Origin: Eledone cirrhosa
Lineage: Eukaryota
Direction of reading: 5' to 3'
DNA: 64,000 nucleotides
NCBI GenBank assembly: GCA_964016885.1
Contig: OZ024743.1
Location: 77,438,001 to 77,502,000 of the forward strand
Shown: positions 39,164 through 50,559 of the stretch, one piece after another
Layout: every line of letters begins with the position of its first letter
Numbering within the stretch: position 1 is the first letter of the stretch
Made by a program: the position numbers and the translations under genes
The notes under the pieces: model-generated
The model's input: only the letters and a program-made list of their open reading frames with translations
Told to the model about the DNA's origin: nothing
Database searches by the model: none

Positions 39164-41252
39164 CATCATCATCATCATCATTTTACGTCCGTTTTTCCCT
39201 GCTTGCAAGGGTGGGACGGGTCTTATTCAGCACAGCATCTCTCCACCGTGAGCTTCAATGATCTGAGGTCTGTTCTCACCACCTCCGCCCATGTTTTTTG
39301 TGGTCTACCTCTACCACGCCTTCCTTCAACTGGCAATTCCTGGCACTTCACCCATCGGTCATCCTCCATGCGTATCACATGTCCATACCACCTCAGTCTC
39401 CTCTCCCGTACACTACATTCTATCCCTCTCAGACACAGCTTCTCTCTCAACACATTTAAGCTGGGTCGTTCACGCACATTTACACTGCACATCCAATGGA
39501 GCATGCTTGCCTCATTTCTCTCCAGCCGTCGTATGTCCTCTGCAGTTACTGTCCATGTCTCACTACCATGCAGCATCGCGCTCCTCACACAGGCATCATA
39601 CAACCGGCCTTTCGTACGCAGGGAGAAACCCTTCTTCGTCAACAGAGGAAGCAGCTCCCTAAACTTCTTCCAACCCGTCCTTATTCTAGATACTATGGCC
39701 TCGGAACACCCTCCTCCCATGCTAATCTGATCTCCTAGGTACCGGAAGCTATCCACCACTTCTATAGCGCCCTCCTGCATTTGAAAAATGTGTCTATCAA
39801 TGCGACTTCTACTGTCTAATTTCCCTGTACATCTACTGCATACATATTTCTCCATACCTGTTAGTTTGCCTGCTATCCCGCTACATCTCTTGTGTACCCA
39901 GGATCTGCATTGTGTGCATTTTATAGAATTTATGCCAGTTCCTTTTCTGCATATCGAACATGGCCATTTCCCTGACGGAATCAGGGTTTTGTCCTCTTTT
40001 TTACTCATCAACACTTTTGTCTTAGCTAGATTCACTCTCAGTCCTCTTGCTTCCAACTGCTGTTTCCATAGCCAGAATTTATTCTCTAGCTCCTCTACTG
40101 ATTCTGCTATAAGAACCAGATCGTCAGCATAGAGAAGTTCCCATGGACAGCCAGTCTTAAACTCCTCGGTTATGGCTTGGAGGACTATAATGAACAAGAG
40201 TGGGCTGAGGACCGAACCCTGATGTACTCCTACTTGTATCTGGAATTCCTCACTAAACTCCATTCCTACCCTGACTTTACTGAGAGTACTTCTGTACAAA
40301 GTTTGCACTGTCCTCACAAGCCATTCCTCAACACCTAGCTTCCTTAGGGACCACCAGATGACAGATCGGGGTACCCTATCAAAGGCCTTCTCTAGGTCAA
40401 CAAAGGCTAAGTATAGTGGCTTATTCTTCTCTAAGAACCTCTCTTGCAATTGTCTCACCAAGAAGAGGGCATCTGTTGTACTCTTCCCAGGCACAAAACC
40501 AAACTGCATCTCATCTAGTTTGACCCTTTCTCTAATTAGTTGTGCTAAAATCCTTTCTGCCACTTTCATAACCTGATCTATCAGTTTTATACCCCTATAA
40601 TTGCTCCTCTCCAAAGCATCCCCTTTACCTTTGTAGCAATTTATGAGAATACTGCTGCACCAGTCTTTGGGTATGACACCACCATATATAGCCTGATTGA
40701 TGATGCGTGCAACCAGTTGAGTGCCTACGTCCGCTGATGCCTTCAGCATCTCAGCAACTATTCCCGATGGTCCGGCAGCCTTACCATTTTTCATTTCCCT
40801 AGTCGCCTCTTGGACCCTATATTCGTCAATCTCAATAGCTGGTCCCTCTGTCGGATCTACCAAGGATAATTTCTCTCTCTCCCATTTGTTCTCCACATTC
40901 ATCAGTCTCTCATAATGACATTTCCAGGCCTCCTTTTTTCCGATCATTCGTGACACTAAGTACACCGGCATCATCCCAGACACATTTATCTCCAACAACA
41001 TCCTGATTTGCATTGACACACTGCCTTGCAATGTGGAACACCGCACGCCTCTGATCTTCCCATCGCAGAACATTGGCAAACCTCCTACTCTCTGCCTCCC
41101 TGCGTGCTAAGTACACCTGACGTCTAGCTTCTCTCTTAGTGGCTGTATATTCTTCCCTACTCCCACCCTTTTTCCAAGCCTTCCATGCTAGTCTTTTGTC
41201 TCTAATAGCCTTATCTACTGTGCTGTTCCACCACCAGGTCACTCTCTGTCTG
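39164..41252 (-). mobile_element. 5'-truncated RTE LINE, second subfamily, with an open RT region
   Basis: 618-aa ORF with NYRGIKL, DLEKAFD, QGSVLSP, YADD, a C4HC3 finger and RRLRWYGHV..GRGRPQKTW; (CAT)n tail at 39164. Confidence 0.96.
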
Positions 41253-41386
41253 GTTGTGCATGTATGTATATATATATATATACATACTACTGTACGTCTG
41301 TATACATATATGTATGTACGTATACATACTTATATTTAAGTAACAGCCGTACTAAGAATGAGAAATTAAATTTCGTTTCATTTTTT

Positions 41387-41419
<33 letters not shown>

Positions 41420-41421
<2 letters not shown>

Positions 41422-41737
41422 TTCCAGTGCACACTGTAAACGTGGTTGGTGTTAGGAAGGGCACCCAGCCGTAGAAAACCCGCCAGATGTGTAGGTGTCA
41501 CGACAAAAAAACACAGTCCACGCTGTAATGTGGCCATGTAGGTAGCACGGTAAAACCTCCCAGTCCACACTGTAAACGTGGTTGGTGTTAGGAAGGGCAT
41601 CCAGCCGTAGAAAACCCGCCAGACAGTCCTATACGAGCAGGACAACCAATCTTGCCTCAAGTGGGAAATCTCCCGTCCAAACCCATGCAAGCGTGGAAGA
41701 TGGACGTTAAACGATAATGATGATGATGATGATGATA
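41420..41737 (+). mobile_element. RTE 3' UTR/tail fragment
   Basis: Matches 29660-29916 and ends in GGACGTTAAAC plus (GAT)n. Confidence 0.85.
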
Positions 41738-42485
41738 ATGATCCGCCTGTAACTTTGTAAAACTCATACAAACATACAATGTATTTCCTGTCTCATTGAT
41801 GTTGCTGTAACCATCATCAACCACAGTAATATGTTATTTGTATGTGTATACATATATATATATACACACACAAAGTTGAGTTCTTATTTGCCCAATTATT
41901 CCTGAGATAGTCGTGGGGACAGTCCTCAAACACTCCTTCCAGGAGGTCATGTCAGAAGCAGCTGTCTCCCTAAGCGAGACCAGCTAAATAATGAGTCTTG
42001 CTACTCTGGAGTTTCACCTGCTTATCACATGGTCATCGCAAAACTCCAGAGTAACAAGACTCACTATTTAGTCTTAACACACACACACACACACACGTGT
42101 TAGTAATCAACATAAACTATCGGGTTTCTCTTATGCAAACCATACATTTATCAAAACACAAATTTCCCAGTTTGCATGATTGTTCATGTATTCAGTAATG
42201 TTGGTATATACCCATCTTGGACTTCCAAAATTAAATATATTCACTGCTATTACTGTCATATTTCCTGTCACTGGTTCAGTAGTTCCTAATAAAAGACACT
42301 GTAAATGGTTTTACTAATAATTGATTATATCTGTTACACCCATTTGTTTGGAATTAATTTTTTTCCATCACCTGCTCTTATTCGCCCCCTCCCCTCTTAC
42401 TTACTAAATTTTGCTAATCTATCTTTGGCTATAACAGAAGAGTTAAGATTGGCAGCCCCTGGGAACGTCTGTATGCAGGTACTCT

Positions 42486-43710
42486 GACTCTCATAGCTGA
42501 ATCTATGGCAAAACTAGAGAAGAAATTCCAAACCTGGAAGTATGGCCTAGAATCAAAAGATCTTAAAGTTAACTTGTCAAAGACTAAAGTTCTAGTATGT
42601 AGAAAGGAAAACAGGGTCCAGATCCCTCCGGGAAATGCCCTTGCTCAGTGTTCAGAAAAAGAGTAGGTAGAAATTCCATCATATGTCCCAAATGCAAGCT
42701 ATGGGTACATAAAAGATGTAGTGGGATCACAAGCAGGCTATCAAAGAACATAGGTTTTATATGTGGCCGATGCTCAAGTACAGTAAGTAGCAAGTGGCCA
42801 CAGGAGTCTTGCTCCTTCAAATGCCCAGATGGTACTATAGAAATACTCAACTCTTTCCATTTCCTGGGTGATGAAATCAGCAGTGGAGGAGGGTGTTCCG
42901 GAAGTATAGCAGCCAGAGTAAGGACAGGATGGAGAAAGTTCAGAGAGCTACCACCGCTAGAAGCTACAAAAGGTTTCTCCCTTAAATTGTACGATGCATG
43001 TATACGAACAGCAATGCCATATGGTAGTGAGATCTGGGCACTGTGTGCAGAGGACCTGCGCAGATTGGAAAGAAATGAAGCATGCATGCTCCAATGGATG
43101 TGTAATAGTAAAATACATGAACGGCAAAGCATAAATAAACAGAAAGAGAAATTAGGTATAAGAGGAATCAGATGCAGTATGCTAGAGAGGAGATTGTGTT
43201 GGTATGGTCATGTGTTGTGTATGAAGGGTGACAGCTGTATAAAAAGATACAGGGTGATCAAAATTGATGGAAGCTACAGAGTAGGTAGACCCAGGAAGAC
43301 CTGGGATGAGAGGATAAAAGCTGAACCTCTCAAAGACAATGATACAGGATCAAGATCTTTGGTGTTAAGCAGTAATACAGAAGACATGCGTCCCTATGTG
43401 CACAGACTCAAACATACACCTAGTAGGCACCTCCTAACCACTATACTCCCACCTACCTACTCCTTCCCATACCACCCTTACACTGACCAAAACATATCCA
43501 GCACACACTGCAAAGTGGTCAAGTAGGAGTCACGGCAAAAGGCATTCAGTACACACTGTAAATGTGGTTGGCATCCAGCCATAGAAATCTAGCCAGAAAT
43601 AGTCCTGTATGAATAAGACATTATCACCAGACCCAATTTACCTCAAATGGGTTGACCCGTCTAACCCATACTAGCATGGAAAATGGATGTTAAATGATGA
43701 TGATGATGAC
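42486..43710 (+). mobile_element. 5'-truncated RTE LINE
   Basis: 292-aa ORF with the finger and RT C-terminus; (GAT)n tail near 43700. Confidence 0.93.
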
Positions 43711-43944
43711 CAGCAAAATTTTATTTTAAGTGGTAGCATTCCTGCAACAATTAATTTTCTTTATACATTAAAAAACATTATAATGACAAAAAAGTACATT
43801 ACTAGAAATCCCACATGTTATAAAATAAATAGGATGGGTTGGGGTCTCAATATGTAAACTAAACGACTAATTCTGGTTTTAAAATAATCAACAGAGACAA
43901 CCTAGAAAAATTACCGATTTTCCACCTGCCCCCACTCCTAATTC

Positions 43945-44180
43945 CATCCCCCTGTATATTCCAACACCCCCTACTTATTCCAACACCCGCTACATATTCC
44001 AACACCCGCTACATATTCCAACACCCTCTGTATATTCCAACACCCCCTGTATATTCCAACATCCCCTGTATATTCCAACACCCCATACATATTCCAACAC
44101 CCCCTGTATATTCCAACACCCCTTGTATATTCCAACACCCCTTGTATATTCCAACACCCCCTACTTATTCCAACACTCCT
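43945..44180. repeat. 19-bp minisatellite (TATTCCAACACCCCCTGTA) inside a MITE
   Basis: ATTCC at 43996, 44015 and 44034; flanks 43715-44200 match the MITE at 46651-47033. Confidence 0.9.
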
Positions 44181-44339
44181 ATTATTTGGGACTCAAGAGT
44201 AGATAAAGTTATGATGGCTGTTTTTTTTAGATCAATATATAGACTTTAATAGAAATAGTTTGTATGCTAGAACCCAGGCCAGTTTCAAGTGATTTGCTGT
44301 GAAAAGAGTTAACTCTTAGTTTTTCCTCTTTATTTCTAG

Positions 44340-44472
44340 GTCCAGTTGATGTCTTCTGACAACACTTCATCTTTGACGAAGCTTTCACAGCTTAAACAGA
44401 AAAAACCCCTGAAGAAGTCTGAGAAAATAAGTCGAGCTATGATTGCATATATTGAACGAGCAAAAGCACACG
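44340..44472 (+). CDS. MRPS9: MRPS9 exon 2 (VQLMSSD...ISRAMIAYIERAKAH)
   Basis: TTTCTAG acceptor and G|GTATCT donor; phase 1 joins exon 3 as codon GAT. Confidence 0.85.
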
Positions 44473-44599
44473 GTATCTTTTGCTTTCTCTTTATAAACCA
44501 GAATACAAATCAAACCATGACTTGCTTTTTGTTTATGGGAAGTAGGGAATAAGGGGAGTGGAGTGGTAGCTCCTCCTTCTTCTTAGTTTTGTTCCCTAT

Positions 44600-44960
44600 G
44601 GAACATTGGATGACAGTAGAATTCCATGTCACTCAGTTACAAGCCTTGTCACAAGCCTTACTCCCAGGCCAGGCCCTTCTCTGTCAAGTTTTTCTTCACA
44701 GACCTCAACCATGTCTTGATGTGTCTGCCTTGTTTTCTGTACCCATCTTCTGACTTCCATTCGAGGGAGGCTGTTGCTGGTCTTTTTGTTGACATACGTA
44801 GCACATGTCCAAAGCAGCTTCCCCCACTGTATAGTGATGGTACTCTGTGGATTACTCAGCTGACCCCTTCATTTTTGAAGGAGTCACATCAAGAAATCCT
44901 AAGTATGGTCCTTAAAATCTACATTACTGTGGAAGACCTGCAGTTCTGTATATTCTAACA
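44600..44960 (-). mobile_element. Old RTE-type LINE C-terminal fragment, different family
   Basis: Minus translation FGHVLRMSTKRPATASLEWKSEDGYRKQGRHIKTW. Confidence 0.7.
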
Positions 44961-45565
44961 GTCTCACAAGCATGTTTTCATTGTAGTGACAGATGTGGCA
45001 AAATGGGTTTTCTTTTCTAAAATTTAGTCAGAGAAAGGACAGTAGCCATGGCCCTTTTTAGTGCCTCTATGACTGGTGAGAAGGGAAGAAGGTATCCTCA
45101 GACTAGACCTGGTCTGAATTGTGACAGAATAAACTCTACTAAAGGCACTCAAGGGTCATGTGATACTCAATTCAGAAAACAGATTAAATCTCTCATCCAG
45201 TTGGCCATGGTGGGATTTGAACTCAGAATGCAAACACGTAGAGACACCCCTCTCTTCCATGTCACCACCCAACACACTTGTCATTCATCCATGACATATC
45301 TTCTCATCCTTCCTCTCTCCATATCATTCCACACCTGTACTGGGTGTGTTTATCTTGTAGATCACCAACAGTAGGGAGGTTGTGTTGGCAAGACTTCTAC
45401 GGCTGGATGCCCTTTCTATTACCAACCACTTTACAGCATGTACTTGATGTGTTTATCATGTAGATCACCAACACTAGAGAGATTGTCATGTCCTTGACAC
45501 AACTGACGGGTCCTCCGTACCCTTTGTGTCTCAAGATTTATATTCTATGAAAATGAAATGGTTAA

Positions 45566-45764
45566 CTCTTTCGCATTTACATTTACTACTATATTTTCAT
45601 GGTAAAGGCTTTACCTCACATAATATTGAATCTATGAGATTTTGATATTATTTATTTTGAGAACAATATCTTTAACATCAGTATGAGTGGCTGGTTACAG
45701 CTGGTTTGAATAGAAAGAGGTGAGAGAATTCTGGCCGGATATGGCTGGTTTAAATGCTAAAGGG
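45566..45764. mobile_element. piggyBac-like MITE, inverted copy of 18303-18509
   Basis: TTAA|CTCTTTCGCATTTA...TAAATGCTAAAGGG with internal similarity to 18303-18509. Confidence 0.8.
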
Positions 45765-45813
45765 TTGAGTCTAAAATCTAAAGATATTAGATTGTAGTTT
45801 CTTTATTCACCAG

Positions 45814-45917
45814 ATGCCCAAATGAAAGATGAAGTGACGCAGTATGAGATTGGTAAAAGACATTTGGCCAATATAATGGGCAAAGATGCTGAAACTTTCA
45901 CACAAGAAGATATAGAT
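45814..45917 (+). CDS. MRPS9: MRPS9 exon 3 ([35 protein letters not shown])
   Basis: CACCAG acceptor and GTAAGT donor; [17 protein letters not shown] is the recognisable metazoan MRPS9 N-terminal motif. Confidence 0.95.
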
Positions 45918-46289
45918 GTAAGTGTTACTACTACTATTACTGCTGCTACTACTACTATTATTACTGCTGCCGCTACTACCACTACTACTACCACCACCAT
46001 TATCACCACCATGCAACTGGCAGCCCCCCCCCCCCCAACACACACTGTGTCTCACCAGACATAGGTTGACCCAAGGCTCTCTCATTACAGCCAGGCTTAC
46101 ACTTATATAGATATTCTTATCTTTTAACTGTTTTGGTTGAAAATGTGTATGAAAACGGTATTTAGAAATTGGTCAAACATAGAGAAAAGGAGAGCAGCAT
46201 TAGAAAGAAGTATAAATGACATAAAGGAGGGAAGAGGAAGGAGTACTAGACAGAGGAAGAAAGGGAGAGGGTGACAGGCTGTATACCTA

Positions 46290-46560
46290 AGTCAGAGCTG
46301 TGTTTCGGATGTGACCTGTGGACAAAAAGTTTTTCCACAGACAATGTCCAGTGACACACACTACTACAGCCACCCCACCTTGCAGGACTTCTTCCTCAGA
46401 CAGTCTGTTATTGATCCGATTTTATGGAGGAAGTCAGCAGTCCGGAATCCGAGGACGTCTGCGATCTCAGTGGAGTTTGGTGCAAGGAGGAAGCGGTCGG
46501 ATAAGCTCCGGTATTTGCTTGTCTTCCTGTCCTCTGAGCCGTGGTACCTGGGTTTGTGAC
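46290..46560 (-). mobile_element. Decayed CRE-like retrotransposon C-terminal fragment
   Basis: Minus translation SEDRKTSKYRSLSDRF...ADVLGFRTADFLHKIG...GWL**CVSLDIVCG resembles the RLE domain (E..K..KY and SLAI.RG motifs). Confidence 0.6.
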
Positions 46561-46650
46561 CAAGGTGACTAGGATGTGGAGAACATGTCACAACATGTCA
46601 CATCCCAGATGAGGGATTTACCTCCTATATATTGTCGTTATATCAGGGTA

Positions 46651-47033
46651 CTTGCAGGTCTTGAATAATCGTCCCCCACCCCCACTTAATTTTTTCAGAA
46701 ATTTTCATTCCCCTCCCTCGTTTATTAGATGTTACTAATCTATCTCCAGTGAAATTTTATATTAAGTGGTAACATCCCTACAACAATTAATTTTCTTTAG
46801 ACATTAAAAAACATACATGACAAAAAAAAGTACATTACTAGAAATCCCATGTTATAAAATAAAACCCATGCAAGCGTGGAACACGGACGTTAAACGTTGA
46901 TGATGATGATGATGATGATGGGTTGGGGTCTCAATATGTAAACTAAGCGACTAATTTTTTTTTTTTTTTTAAATCAAGGGAGACAACCTAGAAAAATTAT
47001 CAATTCCTCCCCCTATTATTTGAGACTCGAGAG
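46651..47033. mobile_element. Tc1/mariner-type MITE carrying a short RTE-tail insertion
   Basis: TA|CTTGCAGGTCTTGAATAAT...ATTATTTGAGACTCGAGAG|TA, imperfect TIRs; second partial copy at 43715-44200. Confidence 0.65.
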
Positions 47034-47945
47034 TAGACATTGAAGTAAGCAGAACATTGTTTTTAGTTGTTACAACTTCAGTGAGATGTTCACGTCTTGA
47101 GAGGAGGGGGAGAAGACAATAATAATAATAGTAAAAATAATAATGAAAATACTTTATTTTAACTTTTGTTTTAAAATAAGGGAGTACGTATCACTTTTAA
47201 TAACTTAACAAATTTTAGCTCCTTTATTAATTCTTAATGTCCTGTACCACATGAAACCACATTAACAAGATATTCCTGAAAAGTATAAAACAACACTATG
47301 ACTATCACATAAAAAAATGAAAGTATATATATATACGGACCCATAACTCCTGATGGCGTCATATGGGAGCTGTCATAATATACAGCATGTCTTAGGCACT
47401 TTAAACTTGATAAAGCTCATTCTCCCTCCAGGTTTGAACATAGCCTATTTCTTCAAGAGAAGGGAAGTGAGAAAGAGATAGAGAGGAAGAATCAACCCCA
47501 GTACTAGACTGGTACTTTTTTTTATTAAGCTTGATATGATTAAAGGCAAAGTTGACTTAGAAAACTGCAAGTCTGTAATTTAATGAAAATTTCACAACAC
47601 TCTGTCCAGTAATAAATATACTATACACTTTTGAATTAACAAACTTGTTTTTAGATATTTTCTACGCAATCATTATAAGATTTACAAGTTAATATTAATA
47701 TAAATAATGGTTTCTGAGGCACACGGCCAGCAATTTGGCGGGAGAGAAAAGTTAATTAAATCAACCCCAGTGCATTACTGGTATTTTATTTTATTGACCC
47801 TGTAAGGATGTAACTCTATGCAGCAATGAAGAGTGTCCGATGCTCTACCAATCCACCACCTTTTTTATGAACAATACCAGTAATTATATAGACTTAAAAC
47901 AGCTTGCTAAAATGCTTTTGTTCATTTCTTATATTTTTTTTCCAG

Positions 47946-48008
47946 AAAGCTATTGAATATCTGTTGCCATCAGGTTTATATGCCAAAAGAGCCAGGCCAT
48001 TAATGAAG
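47946..48008 (+). CDS. MRPS9: MRPS9 exon 4 (KAIEYLLPSGLYAKRARPLMK)
   Basis: T-tract plus CCAG acceptor, AAG|GTGAGT donor, phase 0/0; conserved AI.YL.PSGL..KRARP.MK motif. Confidence 0.96.
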
Positions 48009-48269
48009 GTGAGTTGGCAAGTTTCTTTTAACCTTTTTTTCATAACAAACTTCCTGAAGCCACCCTCTTGGTTCTATTATTCAAAACTTGATTTTAAAGT
48101 GTTTATATTTATCTAAAAAATGTCCTTCATAATTTTATGTAAGAACATTTGTTAAGTTATGTTCCAACCACCCCTGGTTCTATGATACAAAACTGTATAT
48201 TTGAAAGTGTTTACATTTATCTGAAAACTTTTTGTTATAATTTTATGTAAGAACCTTTGTTAAGTTATG

Positions 48270-48767
48270 CAGAGGACATACGTGTAGACTGGAGAGAAAT
48301 GAAGCTGCCATGCTTCATTGGATGTGCAATGTAAGTATGAGAGAAAGGCAGAGCTTGGAAAGGCAAAGCTACAGTAAAGGTTGACCAAGGAAAACCTGGG
48401 CAGAGGTGGTGAGGACTGATATCAAATCACTGAGACTCACAGAGGAGATGATGAAGAAACACAGCAAATGGAAAGATGCTGAAAAGGACCCATCCAACCC
48501 ATGCAAGTGTGGAAAAAGGACCTGTCCAACCCATGCAAGTGTGGGAAAAGGACCTGTCCAACCCATGCAAGTGTAGAAAAAGGACCTGTCCAACCCATGC
48601 AAGTGTAGAAAAAGGACCTGTCCAACCCATGCAAGTGTAGAAAAAGGACCTGTCCAACCCATGCAAGTGTGGAAAAAGGACCTGTCAAACCCATGCAAGT
48701 GTGGAAAAAGGACCTGTCCAACTCATGCAAGTGTGGAAAAAAAACACAAAAAGTATGATGATGATGA
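48270..48767 (+). repeat. RTE 3' fragment whose terminal 32 bp is tandemly amplified 8 times
   Basis: Unit AAAAAGGACCTGTCCAACCCATGCAAGTGT(A/G)G at 48482-48740, preceded by RTE-like coding remnant and followed by (GAT)n. Confidence 0.9.
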
Positions 48768-48835
48768 ACTTTATTAATTTCTTGATATTTTCAAGTTGTT
48801 TAAATTATATAATCTTCATTTATTTTATATTTCAG

Positions 48836-48866
48836 TATCCATATGACATTTTTCCACCCCAGAAAA
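48836..48866 (+). CDS. MRPS9: MRPS9 exon 5, 31-nt mini-exon (YPYDIFPPQK)
   Basis: TTTCAG acceptor and A|GTAAGT donor; phase 0/1 bridges exons 4 and 6. Confidence 0.9.
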
Positions 48867-49224
48867 GTAAGTCATTAAATATCTCAGTATTTCTATTAAA
48901 CTACCTCAAGCTGTCCTCTTTCTTTCATAGATAGAAATTGTTTGTTTTAAAGTGTTATATTTATATAAGAACCTTTGTTAAGCTGTGTTCCAAATACCAG
49001 CTTAACTCTTTTAATAGCAACCAGTTTAAAACTGCCCTATTTCTATGATACAAAGTTATTTAAAAACCTTCCCTCATAATTTTGTCTGTGTTAAATTATG
49101 TACCACATACCAGATTAATAAGAAAGTTACTTTTATTTCTATATTCTTCCAAATTCTTGATTATTTTCAAAATGATTTGAAAATTATAGTCTTTCATTAG
49201 AAATATGGGAACAAACGTGTTAAC

Positions 49225-50308
49225 TACACATCTGTTCAGATATGACAACAGATGTGTTAACTATCATCACATCTGTTCAGATATGACAACAGATGTATTA
49301 ACTATTATCACATCTGTTCAGGTATGGTAACAGATGTGTTAACTATCATCACATCTGTTCAGATATGACAACAGATGTATTAACTATCATCACATCTGTT
49401 CAGATATGGTAACAAATGTGTCAACTATTGTTACATCTGTTCAGGTATGGTAACAGATGTGTTAACTATCATAGCATCTGTTCAGGTATGACAACAGATG
49501 TGTTAACTATCATCACATGTGTTCAGATATAATAACAGATGTGTTAACTATCATCACATCTGTTCAGGTATGACAACAGATGTATTAACTATCATCACAT
49601 CTGTTCAGATATGGTAACAGATGTGTTAACTATCGTCACATCTGTTTAGATATGGTAACAAATGTGTTAACTATCATCACATCTGTTCAGGTATGACAAC
49701 AGATGTGTTAACTATCATCACATCTGTTCAGATATGGTAACAGCTGTGTTAACTAGCATCACTTCTGTTCAGGTATGGTAACAGATGTGTTAACTATCAT
49801 AACATCTGTTCAGATATCACAACACATGTGTTAACTATCATCACTTCTGTTCAGATATGGTAACAGCTGTGTTAACTAGCATCACTTCTGTTCAGGTATG
49901 GTAACATGTATTAACTATCATAACATCTGTTCAGGTATGACAACAAATGTGTCAACTATTATCACATCTGTTCAGGTATGACAACAGATGTGTTAACTAT
50001 CATCACATGTGTTCAGATATAATAACAGATGTGTTAACTATCATCACATCTGTTCAGGTATGACAACAGATGTATTAACTATCATCACATCTGTTCAGAT
50101 ATGGTAACAGATGTGTTAACTATCATCACATCTGTTCAGGTATGACAACAGATGTGTTAACTATCATCACATCTGTTCAGATATGGTAACAGCTGTGTTA
50201 ACTAGCATCACTTCTGTTCAGGTATGGTAACAGATGTGTTAACTATCATAACATCTGTTCAGATATCACAACACATGTGTTAACTATCATCACTTCTGTT
50301 CAGACATG
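49225..50308. repeat. 41-bp satellite with internal hairpin (ACATCTGTT-10 nt-AACAGATGT), ~26 copies
   Basis: Period 41 (49269, 49310); each unit has a 9-bp inverted repeat. Confidence 0.95.
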
Positions 50309-50374
50309 TGGTTGTTTTCTCACCTGATCACTTTCATTTCTGTTATCTCATGTAATCTTTGTTGCCCTCGTCAG

Positions 50375-50454
50375 GTGCTCAGTTTGGAATGGATGGCCGA
50401 CCGTTTCATTGGTTATTTTATACAGCTAAACCAAACTACTATAACTTAATGTAT
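50375..50454 (+). CDS. MRPS9: MRPS9 exon 6 (SAQFGMDGRPFHWLFYTAKPNYYNLMY)
   Basis: TCAG acceptor and GTAAGT donor; conserved DGRPFH.LFYT.K..YY motif. Confidence 0.96.
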
Positions 50455-50559
50455 GTAAGTAGGACTTTCTTCTGACTGTATCATCATCATCACCACCACT
50501 ACCACCATCATCATCATCATCACCACCACTAACCCCACCACCATCATCACCTTTGCCAC

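Noticed and set aside
45922-46110. Poly-Leu/Thr/Val ORFs after exon 3
   Set aside because: (CTA/CTG/CCA)n microsatellite at the start of an intron.
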